NCBI GenBank assembly: GCA_964415795.1 | Contig: CAYQBN010000009.1 | Span: forward strand, 55,988 to 119,987 | Direction: 5' to 3' | DNA: 64,000 bases | DNA from: an uncultured Spirochaetales bacterium | GTDB taxonomy: Bacteria > UBP6 > UBA1177 > JAKLFG01 | Part shown: positions 49,008 to 58,126 of the stretch, piece by piece | Layout of the letters: every line of letters starts with the position of its first letter | Numbering within the stretch: position 1 is the first letter of the stretch | The notes under the pieces: generated by a model | What the model was told of the DNA's origin: nothing | Database searches by the model: none | Seen by the model: the letters and a program-made list of their open reading frames with translations, nothing else | Made by a program: the position numbers and the translations under genes

Positions 49008-50137
49008 GCTGCCTTTCTCCGGTGTACCACCTGAGAAACGCCGCGAGCGACGCCCCAGAGGATGGCGTAGATAAGTGCCTCATAAAAGAAGACAAACCAA
49101 ATGGGGCCGAGGTCGCGTATCGTAACGGGATAGTGCAAAAATATGCGCATACCTTTTGCGAAGGGGGTGAAAGGAATGAGATAAGAGAATTTCGCGATCG
49201 GTTCGGGGAACATATCGGTCGGCCAAGTAACACCAGAGAACATCAGCGAAAGCATCCCCAGAAGTATGACGACTTGGAGAGAAAGAAGCGCATTGAAGGG
49301 GAAAAGAGCCTTCACAGTAGCAACAAGAAAAAGATCGAGGACAAGAAAAACAAAGAGCATGCCCATAACAATGAAAACAGATGACTCGAAAAAGACGCCG
49401 AAGGAAGGCATAACGCCATAGATGAACACGAGCGAGAAAAGGTAGGCCGCACAGAGGAGAGCCACTCGTTCTCCCAGATGAAACATCGGATGCTCCGTGG
49501 TCCGACGCGCGACCGGCAGAGAGGCGGCAACAATGAGGAACCAGATGTGGAGGAAGAAGAAGAACAGAGCGGGGACCAGATAGACCGCATAGTTGCCCGC
49601 CGGGTTGAAGAGCGGATTGTCCGAGATCGTAACAGGCAATACGCGCGCAAGAGCCGTTCGGCGAGGTTCCCCCATCTTCCTGACGGTAGTGAGTCGTATT
49701 CCCGCCGCAACCGTCTTGACGACCTTCTCGATCGTGCGCTGAGCCGTTTTCCCCGAGAGCAGATTGCTTCCGTCGACAGCAAGAAGGAGCCTCGCCTCCT
49801 TCCCTCGTTTGAGCAAACGGGAAAAGTCTTCGGGGATGACGAGGACGGCAGCCAGATCACCGGTAACAAGCCTTTCCTCCGCTTCTTTGAGCGGGAGTTG
49901 TTTTTCCACAACCCGCAGTTCCCGGGTCGCATCGATGAAACGGTGGATGGTACGGCTCACCGTTGAACGATCCTCGTCTATGATGGCGATCGATAGATCA
50001 GAGATCACCGTGTGGGCGTAGATGGCGATCGAAAGGACCGATGCCCCGAGAAAGAGAAGGGTCATGGCCAAAAAACGGGGACGGGAGAACAAAGCAGAGA
50101 GAGTCTCTCTGAATCCTTCCGAAAGAAGCGTGAACAT
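49004..50137 (-). CDS. ABC-2 type transporter permease (paralog)
   Basis: Same architecture as its neighbour, 377 aa. Confidence 0.8.
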   Translation of the reverse strand: MFTLLSEGFRETLSALFSRPRFLAMTLLFLGASVLSIAIYAHTVISDLSIAIIDEDRSTVSRTIHRFIDATRELRVVEKQLPLKEAEERLVTGDLAAVLVIPEDFSRLLKRGKEARLLLAVDGSNLLSGKTAQRTIEKVVKTVAAGIRLTTVRKMGEPRRTALARVLPVTISDNPLFNPAGNYAVYLVPALFFFFLHIWFLIVAASLPVARRTTEHPMFHLGERVALLCAAYLFSLVFIYGVMPSFGVFFESSVFIVMGMLFVFLVLDLFLVATVKALFPFNALLSLQVVILLGMLSLMFSGVTWPTDMFPEPIAKFSYLIPFTPFAKGMRIFLHYPVTIRDLGPIWFVFFYEALIYAILWGVARGVSQVVHRRKAA

Positions 50138-50138
50138 A

Positions 50139-51086
50139 CTAACGGTACCACCGAACGGTCATGCCGGGTCGCAAACCTTCGATCTTTTCGGCGGGACGAG
50201 CCCTTATCTCGAAACTTTTGAGGTCGAAACTGTTCTTTTCGGCGGTGGCGCGCCAAGTAGCGAAATCGCCAAGAGCGGCGACATAAGAGATGGTAAACTG
50301 TACCGAACGACCAAGCGCTGGGATCTCTGCGTTGATGATATCTCCCCTCTTCAGGTCCTTGAGAAGATCTTCGCGCACAGTGAAGGTCGCCCACAAGTCA
50401 CTGGTGTCGAGTATCGTGATGATCGGATGACCAGCAACGGCCAATTCTCCTTTATGAAGAATGATCTTGACGATCTCTCCGGTTATCGGCGCGTTTTGTA
50501 TTGTCTCTTTACGGTAACTCTCGACCTCGTTGAGCGCACCTAACCATTGTTTGACAATCGCACGCAACGCCTCGATCTCTTCCTCGCGAGCCCCATTTTG
50601 CACTAGAGAAAGACGTGCTTCCGCAAGGGCGACCTGATCCTTCGCTATGTTGTAGGCAAGTTCGGCCTCCTCGAACTTCGCCTGAGGAATGGCGTCGCGC
50701 CGCTTGAGATCAAGCATGCGCTCATACATGTTCCGTGCTGTCTCAAGTTGATGTTGCGCCGCCTCGAGTTGTTTCTGCGCCGCCGTCTTCTCTTCGGGAC
50801 GCGCTCCTTTTTGAGCAAGCCGAAGTTTTGCTTTGGAAGCATCTATAGCCGCGGAAACTTGATCTATCTTGGCAGCAAGGTCTTCGCTTTCGATGACAAC
50901 AAGGCGCTGTCCTTCGGTCACCCGATCCCCTTCCCGAACGGTCATCTCCTTGATCCGCCCCGTTATCTTGCTCGCCACATCAACCTCGGTTCCATCTATG
51001 AGACCTATGATCGGCACCGTTTTTTCCTCAGTATGACAGGCAACGCAAAGCGCAAGCGAAACAAATGTTCCCCATAACGCTTTCAT
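50139..51086 (-). CDS. HlyD-family periplasmic adaptor (membrane fusion protein), lipoprotein
   Basis: Lipobox 'LALCVAC', a coiled-coil and a beta-barrel/lipoyl MFP fold. It has a GGAGGAG RBS. Confidence 0.8.
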   Translation of the reverse strand: MKALWGTFVSLALCVACHTEEKTVPIIGLIDGTEVDVASKITGRIKEMTVREGDRVTEGQRLVVIESEDLAAKIDQVSAAIDASKAKLRLAQKGARPEEKTAAQKQLEAAQHQLETARNMYERMLDLKRRDAIPQAKFEEAELAYNIAKDQVALAEARLSLVQNGAREEEIEALRAIVKQWLGALNEVESYRKETIQNAPITGEIVKIILHKGELAVAGHPIITILDTSDLWATFTVREDLLKDLKRGDIINAEIPALGRSVQFTISYVAALGDFATWRATAEKNSFDLKSFEIRARPAEKIEGLRPGMTVRWYR

Positions 51087-51306
51087 GAAGACTCCTCCAT
51101 TTCTCTTACCGTATCAGCCGCCGCGATACTAGGCACCTTTCTCTCCAAGTCAAGGAAGCGAAACACGCCATCTGGACACCAAGAAAACAACAATGACATC
51201 CTATAAATTCTCATGCCGACAGAAGGCACCATATGCGTTCGGAGACACGAAAGAAAAGATGATTGTTTTGTTGAAAAACATCGTCTTTTCGCCATATCGT
51301 CTTCTC

Positions 51307-51849
51307 ATGAGGAACCGAAGCACATACTGCACCAGTTTTCCTCCCATCGTCGGGGGGAAACCGCATCTTCTCATCCTCGGCTCGATGCCGGGTGAGCGGT
51401 CGCTCGCGGTGCGGCAGTACTATGGACATCCGCAGAACAGTTTCTGGCGTATCATGGGTGAGCTGTGTGGTGCAGGGCATGAACGATCGTATGAAGAGCG
51501 GCTCGAGGCGTTGAAACGAAGCGGCATCGCCCTCTGGGATGTCCTCAAACACTGCGAGCGGGAGGGCTCCGGCGACGGCAATATCAGGCCCGGAAGCGAA
51601 GTCCCCAACGCGATCGGCGAACTGCTCGCCGCCTATCCGACGATCAGAGCGGTCGCCCTCAACGGCAGTAAGGCGCGGCAGGCGTTCCGCCGCCACATCT
51701 GGCCGCATATCCCCGAAACGATCAAAAAGTGCCTCACGATAGTTGAACTTCCCTCGACGAGCCCCGCTTGCGCACGGATACCTTTTTCCCAAAAATCGCA
51801 CCGCTGGTGTGCGGCACTAAAACCTTTTGTCAGGGGAACTCAAACTTAG
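51307..51849 (+). CDS. DNA-deoxyinosine (hypoxanthine) glycosylase, UDG superfamily
   Basis: 'LLILGSMPGERSL...QYYGHPQNSFWRIMGEL' matches the hypoxanthine-DNA glycosylase family pattern. Confidence 0.7.
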   Translation: MRNRSTYCTSFPPIVGGKPHLLILGSMPGERSLAVRQYYGHPQNSFWRIMGELCGAGHERSYEERLEALKRSGIALWDVLKHCEREGSGDGNIRPGSEVPNAIGELLAAYPTIRAVALNGSKARQAFRRHIWPHIPETIKKCLTIVELPSTSPACARIPFSQKSHRWCAALKPFVRGTQT

Positions 51850-52763
51850 AGCGAGAAATTCTCGATGTCGGCGAGCGTCGCGACATTGCGCGTCTTCATG
51901 TCGGGCACGATCTGGTTTGCCAGTTTCGCGAGCACATTGCCGGGACCGACCTCGATAAGCTCCGTAACACCCTCGCGATGTGCAAAGTGTATCGAATCCT
52001 CCCAGTTGACCGCGCCGCAGATCTGTGAGGTGAGGAGCGGCCGGATCTCATCAACCGAAGCATAGGGGCGCGCCGTGACATTCGCGATGACCGGTACGCG
52101 GAAGGTATTGACCCGCATGCCCCAGAGAACCTCGCGCATCCGTTCCTCCGCCGGTTTCATGAGTTCGCTGTGGAACGGCGCCGAGACCTTCAACTTCATC
52201 GCTTTCTTGTTCTCGGCTTTCAGTTTACTGACAACATAATCTACCCCTTCGGTGATCCCCGAGATGACGATCTGCTTGGGTGAATTGAAATTCGCCGGAC
52301 TCACGAGATGCCCCGACTCGTTGCAGATCTTGTAGATCGTCTCGCGGGGAACATCGATGACCGCCGCCATCGAACCCTTCCCGACCTCGACCGCTTCCTG
52401 CATGAACGAGCCGCGCAGGTGAACCGCCCGCACCGCTTCGGTGAACTCCATGGCACCGGCGGCGACGAGCGCCGTATATTCGCCGAGCGAATGACCGGCC
52501 ATATATTTGATCCCATCAATGGTGTGCCGTTTCGTGAGTTCGCGCCACAGGACATAAGAGACGGTAAGGATCGCCGGCTGTGTGTATTTGGTGAGCATCA
52601 GTTCCTCGGCCGGTCCCTCAAAACAGATCTTGGTGAGAGGCAAGCCGAGCGCTTTATCGGCTGCAGCGAAGATCTCCCTTGCCTCGCTGCTCGCTTCGTA
52701 GAGATCCTTCCCCATACCGACGACCTGAGAACCCTGTCCCGGGAACACGATCATTCTCGTCAT
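51846..52763 (-). CDS. fabD: Malonyl-CoA:ACP transacylase
   Basis: 'FPGQGSQ' and 'GHSLGEY' active-site motifs. Confidence 0.9.
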   Translation of the reverse strand: MTRMIVFPGQGSQVVGMGKDLYEASSEAREIFAAADKALGLPLTKICFEGPAEELMLTKYTQPAILTVSYVLWRELTKRHTIDGIKYMAGHSLGEYTALVAAGAMEFTEAVRAVHLRGSFMQEAVEVGKGSMAAVIDVPRETIYKICNESGHLVSPANFNSPKQIVISGITEGVDYVVSKLKAENKKAMKLKVSAPFHSELMKPAEERMREVLWGMRVNTFRVPVIANVTARPYASVDEIRPLLTSQICGAVNWEDSIHFAHREGVTELIEVGPGNVLAKLANQIVPDMKTRNVATLADIENFSL

Positions 52764-52811
52764 CGTCTTTCTCCTCTCGATGTTGGTTATCAAACAGCCA
52801 CTGGCGATTCG

Positions 52812-52833
52812 CTAGACTGACACGCCAGTCTAG
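52812..52833. promoter_or_regulatory. Perfect 8-bp inverted repeat (CTAGACTG-N6-CAGTCTAG) flanked by direct GGCGAT repeats in the fabH-fabD intergenic region
   Basis: It sits in a 137-nt gap inside the fab gene cluster. No T-run follows on the transcribed strand. Confidence 0.3.
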
Positions 52834-52930
52834 TGGCGATAGTAACCAATATGACCTTGAAAGTCAACAAGAAATAGGTGAAAGAAATATAAATGAATAT
52901 AGAAAGTTACCAAAATAATGACGCTTGAGT

Positions 52931-53914
52931 CTAGTAGCGAAAGGCTACCGAACCATAGGTAAGGCCTGAACCAAGAGCGGTAAGCACCACATTCTGGCCG
53001 CGTTTGAGAAGTCCCTTCTCTTCCATTTCCGAAAGGGCGATAGGAATGCTTGCCGCCGAGGTGTTGCCGACATGGGCAATGTTTTGGAACACCTTCTCCA
53101 TAGGGACATTGAGCCGCTTACCAATCGTCTCGATGATACGGGTGTTCGCCTGATGAGGCACGAACCAACTGACATTTTCTACCGAGAGGCCTGCTATCTT
53201 CATCGCGGCGAGCGCCGCTTCCGACATGTCCTTGACCGCCTGCTTGTACACCTCCTGCCCCTCCATGCGGGTGTAGTGGAGCCGCTTTTCGACCGTCTCG
53301 TGCGTCGCCGGCATCCGCGAACCGCCCGCCGGCAATTCTATGAGATGACTGAAAGCGCCTTCGGTGCCGAGATGACTCGCGAGAATACCCGGTTCAGACG
53401 CCGCCCGCAAAAGGGCCGCCCCAGCGCCATCGCCGAAGAGAACGCAGGTATTGCGATCCTGCATGTCGGTGAACTTCGAAAGGTTCTCCGTACCGACGAG
53501 CAGAATGGTGCGGTACACTCCCGCCTTGATAAGCGCATCGGCTATCGTAAGACCGAACACAAAACCGGCACAGGCGGCACTGATATCGAAGGAGGGAACA
53601 TGCCGCACAATCCCGAGTGACCGCTCGACGAGCGCCGCGGTAGAGGGATAGTGCATATCGGCGGTAACCGTCGCCACGATGATCGCATCTATTTCTTCCT
53701 TGTCCACGCCGCTTCGTGCAAGTGCCCGTTTCGCCGCCTCGGCCGCCATCGTCGAGGCGCTTTCTCCCTCACCCGTGAAATGGCGTTCCTTGATACCGGT
53801 CCGCGTGGTGATCCACTCGTCAGAGGTCTCAACCAATTTTTCGAAATCGGCGTTGGTCATCACCTTCGCCGGAAGGTAGTGCCCGAATCCGAGGATGCGT
53901 GAGAAGGTCGTCAT
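52931..53914 (-). CDS. fabH: 3-oxoacyl-ACP synthase III
   Basis: 'ACAGFV' active-site Cys context and His/Asn triad motifs. Confidence 0.9.
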   Translation of the reverse strand: MTTFSRILGFGHYLPAKVMTNADFEKLVETSDEWITTRTGIKERHFTGEGESASTMAAEAAKRALARSGVDKEEIDAIIVATVTADMHYPSTAALVERSLGIVRHVPSFDISAACAGFVFGLTIADALIKAGVYRTILLVGTENLSKFTDMQDRNTCVLFGDGAGAALLRAASEPGILASHLGTEGAFSHLIELPAGGSRMPATHETVEKRLHYTRMEGQEVYKQAVKDMSEAALAAMKIAGLSVENVSWFVPHQANTRIIETIGKRLNVPMEKVFQNIAHVGNTSAASIPIALSEMEEKGLLKRGQNVVLTALGSGLTYGSVAFRY

Positions 53915-53934
53915 GTCGTCTGTCTCCGTGTGGT

Positions 53935-55176
53935 TCAGCGAGGATACTTGGCAAACACTATAACGCCGTTGACCCCGCCGAAACCGAACGAGTTGGACAT
54001 CGCATAGGTGATGGCAAGGTCTTGCGCCCTATTGGGCGTGTAATCAAGGTCGCACTCCGGGTCAGGAGTCTCGTAGTTCATTGTGCCGTGTATCTTCCGA
54101 TGGTATATGGAAAGGGCGGTCACTGCCGCTTCGAGCGAACCGGCACCGCCGAGCAGGTGCCCGGTCATCGATTTCGTCGAGTTTATCTTGAGTTTTCGGG
54201 CATGGTCGCCGAAGAGTTGTTTTATCGCCGCAGTCTCCAGTTTGTCATTGAACGGCGTCGAGGTGCCGTGCGCATTGATGTACTGCACATCTTCCGGCTT
54301 GATCCTGGCCGAGTTCAGTGCATACTTCATCGCACGGTAGGCACCCTCTCCTCCCGGCGCCGGTTGGGTAATGTGAAAGGCATCGGAGGAGGAACCCCAA
54401 CCGACGACCTCAGCGTATATCTTGGCACCGCGCGCTTTGGCGTGTTCGAGTTCTTCGAGGATGAGCGCCGCGCCCCCTTCTCCCGGGACAAATCCGTCAC
54501 GGTTCTTGTCGAAGGGGCGAGATGCTTTGGTAGGTTCGTCGTTACGCGTCGAAAGCGCCTTCATGGCACAGAAGCCGCCGACCGACATCGTCGAGATCGC
54601 CGCCTCACAGCCACCGGTCACCATGACATCGGTAAGGCCTTCCTGAATGAGGCGATATCCTTCGATGACACCGAAGGTACCGGTTGCGCAAGCGGCGACG
54701 GGACATATTTGAGGCCCTTTGAGGCCGAAGAAAATGGAGATGTATCCCGGCCCCAAGTTAGCGATGAGTTGCGGGATGATGAAGGGCGAGATGCGACGCG
54801 GCCCTTGTTGCAAGAATTTGGCATGCTCCGCCTCGAACGAGAGAATGCCACCGAATCCGATCCCGTAGGAGGTCCCCACGCGTTCGAGATCTTCCTTCGC
54901 CAGATCGATCCCGCTGTCCCGCAGAGCCTCTTTTGCCGTCGCAACGGCGAACTGTTGGTAGCGATCAAGTCGCTTCGCCTCCTTCTCTTCGATGCCGTGC
55001 GCGACGGGAGAGAAATTCTTTACCTCGCCAGCGATGCGGGTAGCGAAGTTCGTCGCATCGAACTGAGTGATCGGTCCGATGCCGCTCTTACCCTCGAGAA
55101 GCGCTTTCCATGTTTCGGCAGCGCTGTTCCCGACCGGGCTGATGATACCTATACCCGTAATGACCACTCTCCGCAT
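53935..55176 (-). CDS. fabF: 3-oxoacyl-ACP synthase II
   Basis: 'MRRVVITGIGIISPVGN' and the KAS I/II fold with 'CATG' active site. Confidence 0.92.
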   Translation of the reverse strand: MRRVVITGIGIISPVGNSAAETWKALLEGKSGIGPITQFDATNFATRIAGEVKNFSPVAHGIEEKEAKRLDRYQQFAVATAKEALRDSGIDLAKEDLERVGTSYGIGFGGILSFEAEHAKFLQQGPRRISPFIIPQLIANLGPGYISIFFGLKGPQICPVAACATGTFGVIEGYRLIQEGLTDVMVTGGCEAAISTMSVGGFCAMKALSTRNDEPTKASRPFDKNRDGFVPGEGGAALILEELEHAKARGAKIYAEVVGWGSSSDAFHITQPAPGGEGAYRAMKYALNSARIKPEDVQYINAHGTSTPFNDKLETAAIKQLFGDHARKLKINSTKSMTGHLLGGAGSLEAAVTALSIYHRKIHGTMNYETPDPECDLDYTPNRAQDLAITYAMSNSFGFGGVNGVIVFAKYPR

Positions 55177-55215
55177 GGATGACCTCCTCGTTTGGGAATT
55201 CGGCACAGCGCCGGA

Positions 55216-55461
55216 CTAGGCGTTTACCTTTCCGCTAATGTAGGTGACGGCGTCGCCCACTGTCTTTATCTTCTGGACATCGTCGTCAGGGATCTCGATA
55301 CCGAACGCGTTCTCGAGTTCCATGACGAAATCAACGACATCGAGCGAATCGGCGTTGAGATCCTCGATGAACGCCGTCGTCTCGGTGATCTTTCCCGCAT
55401 CGGCAGAGAGCTTTTCGGCCGCGAGCGCAATGACCTTCTGCATGATTTCCTGTTTTTCCAT
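55216..55461 (-). CDS. acpP: Acyl carrier protein
   Basis: 'DLNADSLDVVDFVMELE' phosphopantetheine-attachment motif. Confidence 0.92.
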   Translation of the reverse strand: MEKQEIMQKVIALAAEKLSADAGKITETTAFIEDLNADSLDVVDFVMELENAFGIEIPDDDVQKIKTVGDAVTYISGKVNA

Positions 55462-55513
55462 GATCGTCCTCCTCTTCTAAAAAGTGGTTGTCACATCTCT
55501 ATTAGGTTCCCGA

Positions 55514-56275
55514 CTACATATACATACCACCATTAACTTTAAGCACTTCCCCAGTGATATACCGCGCCATGTCGGAACAGAGGAAAAGCGCCGCATTCGC
55601 GATATCCTCCGGTCTTCCCGTTTCCTTGAGAGGAATGATATCCATGAGCGCCTTTCTCGCCTCTTCGGGCATCGCATGGGTCATCGCCGTCTCGATGAAT
55701 CCGGGGGCGATCGCGTTGACACGCACCTTCTTCGAAGCAAGTTCGCGTGCAAGCGCCTTGGTCATTCCGATGAGCCCCGCCTTCGAGGCGGCATAGTTCG
55801 CCTGTCCGATGTTGCCCATCTGACCGATGACCGAGGCGATATTGACGATACATCCACCGTTCTTCATAAGCGTCCGCATGAGCGCTTGCGTTACCCAAAA
55901 GGCCCCCGACAGATTCACCGCGATGACCCGCTCCCACTCTTCGGGTTTCATGCGCATCGCGAGGTTGTCGGCGGTGATTCCAGCGTTGTTGACGAGGATG
56001 GTCGGCGTTACCTCGGCAAGAAGTTTTTTCAGTTCGGCGTCCACCATCTCCCGGTCAGCGATGTCGAAACCACAGAGATGCGCTTTACGGCCCATGTCTC
56101 GTATTTTCGCCGCCACCGCCTCCGCCTCGGCGCGCAGATTCTTTTCGGGATCGCTTTTATGGGCATAGTAGTGGATCACCACATCGGCCCCTTCGCGGGC
56201 AAAGGTAAGCGCTACCGCCTCCCCGATCCCGCGCGAGGCTCCAGTGATGAATGCCGTTTTCCCCTGCAATAACAT
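55514..56275 (-). CDS. fabG: 3-oxoacyl-ACP reductase
   Basis: 'ITGASRGIG' SDR motif with the YxxxK catalytic pair. Confidence 0.9.
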   Translation of the reverse strand: MLLQGKTAFITGASRGIGEAVALTFAREGADVVIHYYAHKSDPEKNLRAEAEAVAAKIRDMGRKAHLCGFDIADREMVDAELKKLLAEVTPTILVNNAGITADNLAMRMKPEEWERVIAVNLSGAFWVTQALMRTLMKNGGCIVNIASVIGQMGNIGQANYAASKAGLIGMTKALARELASKKVRVNAIAPGFIETAMTHAMPEEARKALMDIIPLKETGRPEDIANAALFLCSDMARYITGEVLKVNGGMYM

Positions 56276-56471
56276 AAAGTTACCCTCCTTCTCATTCAAG
56301 AGAACTGACATGTCAGTCCATCTTTAGTCGAGAACCGCAAGGATGTCAACAAAATTCGAGCGAAAATCTTCTGCCTCTCTCTCACCACCGGCTATAAGAT
56401 TGCAAAGCGGCGCATGGTGTGCTATAAGGTGTCCGGTCGAAACGATGTTTTCCACGACGACGGGGGAGATT

Positions 56472-58094
56472 ATGCGCAAACTGTTTTTGGCGACTATAAC
56501 ACTCATGCTCATCGTAGTGCCGCTCGCCATGCTCACAGCGGCAAAGAAAAAGCCCAAGGTCGCTGTCATGGAAATAGAGGACCGTTCCAAGAAATTCGAC
56601 TCCGATACCGTGGCAAACGCCACTGACATCCTTCGTTCCGAACTCTCCTCGAGCGGTCGTTTCATCGTAATAGACAAGACCAGCCAACAAAACAAAATGA
56701 AGGAAGCGATAAAAGAAGGAAAAAAGGAATCGTTCGAAAAGTGCCAAGGACGCAATTGTGAGATACCGCTCGGTCAAGCGCTCGCCGCCGACACCATTCT
56801 CCGCGCCACGATATCGTGTCTTGGCAAACGTTGCACCCTTGCCACCGAGATGATAAGTATCGCCAAGGAGGCGACCATAGCCGGCGCGACCGGCGAATTC
56901 GACGGCACTCCCGAGGGAATGCTTCCCGCCATCAAAAAGGTGGTGCGCGAGATGGCCGACACCGCGGGAGGCGACTACGCTGTCGAGGAACTCGATGTCA
57001 AGACGCTCTATGATCAGGCAATGGAGGCCGACAAGAACGGCGCCGATGAGCCCGAAAAGGCGATCGAGGCGTGGAAGAAAGTCGAAGAGATAGAATCGAA
57101 CAATCCTTATAAGACACTTGCCAAGACCAAGGTGCGTGAGTGGCAGACCTACCTTAATCAGAAGGCGGAACTCGAGAAGTCTCACGAAGAGGATGTCGCA
57201 CGGCTCATCACCATGCTTCCCGACCTCTCGGTCGCTTTCGATGCCAAGAAAAAGGCTCTCCTTGAATTCAAAGAAAAGTATGCCAAGGTCTACGGAGAGA
57301 ACGACTATCAAACCGTCCTCATGGCGGTCGCCGACAAGAAACTGCGCGATCGGCTCGAGAAGGCGATGCTCCCCGGTGCCGAGGAAACGGCCGCGGATCC
57401 CGATGCCGACATGGTGACCATTCCGGCGGGAGTCTTCACGATGGGATGTAGCGGGGACGACTGCCCCAAGGATGCCAAACCGGCTCACAAGGTGCATCTC
57501 AACGAATTCAAAATAGACCGGTACGAGGTTTCTCAGGAAAAATACCGGGCATGCGTGGCGGCCGGCAAGTGCGTTGCCCCCGCCGACTTCAAGGACTGCA
57601 ACTGGAGCGCACAAACGAAGGAAGACCATCCGGTCAACTGCGTCTCGTGGGCCGACGCCGAGGCATTCTGCAAATGGCAGGGGAAACGCCTCCCCACAGA
57701 AGCGGAGTGGGAAAAAGCGGCCCGCGGCGAGAAGTCGCAGACCTACCCGTGGGGCGAGCAGGCGGCCGAATGCCGGTATGCCGTCATGGATATGGGAACA
57801 CCGGGATGTCAGAAGAACAGCACCCACGACATCAAGGCAAAAGAACGCGGCCAGAGTCCCTACGGCGTTTTCAACATGATCGGCAATGTCGCCGAATGGG
57901 TCGCCGACTGGTATGACGACGACTATCCTTCCGGCGAACTCAAGAATCCGGTCGGCCCCAAGAACGGAAAGGAAAAGGTCCTGCGCGGTGGATCATGGAA
58001 GAGCGCCGTTCAATCGAAACTCAAAGGATACTCACGCGACAAGGCGGCGCCGAACACCAAAAATCCTGAAACCGGATTCCGTTGCGCAAAGTGA
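56472..58094 (+). CDS. Secreted fusion protein: CsgG/LpoB-like N-domain + coiled-coil/TPR-like middle + C-terminal formylglycine-generating-enzyme (SUMF1/EgtB/PvdO) domain
   Basis: Signal peptide 'MRKLFLATITLMLIVVPLAMLTAA'. The C-terminal segment 'RGGSW' is FGE-type. The start is set at the internal ATG at 56472. Confidence 0.75.
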   Translation: MRKLFLATITLMLIVVPLAMLTAAKKKPKVAVMEIEDRSKKFDSDTVANATDILRSELSSSGRFIVIDKTSQQNKMKEAIKEGKKESFEKCQGRNCEIPLGQALAADTILRATISCLGKRCTLATEMISIAKEATIAGATGEFDGTPEGMLPAIKKVVREMADTAGGDYAVEELDVKTLYDQAMEADKNGADEPEKAIEAWKKVEEIESNNPYKTLAKTKVREWQTYLNQKAELEKSHEEDVARLITMLPDLSVAFDAKKKALLEFKEKYAKVYGENDYQTVLMAVADKKLRDRLEKAMLPGAEETAADPDADMVTIPAGVFTMGCSGDDCPKDAKPAHKVHLNEFKIDRYEVSQEKYRACVAAGKCVAPADFKDCNWSAQTKEDHPVNCVSWADAEAFCKWQGKRLPTEAEWEKAARGEKSQTYPWGEQAAECRYAVMDMGTPGCQKNSTHDIKAKERGQSPYGVFNMIGNVAEWVADWYDDDYPSGELKNPVGPKNGKEKVLRGGSWKSAVQSKLKGYSRDKAAPNTKNPETGFRCAK

Positions 58095-58126
58095 CGCGAT
58101 CTCCCCTCTTCCATCCCTGTTCCCAA

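Noticed and set aside
53899-55182. 427-aa plus-strand ORF
   Set aside because: Antisense to fabF.
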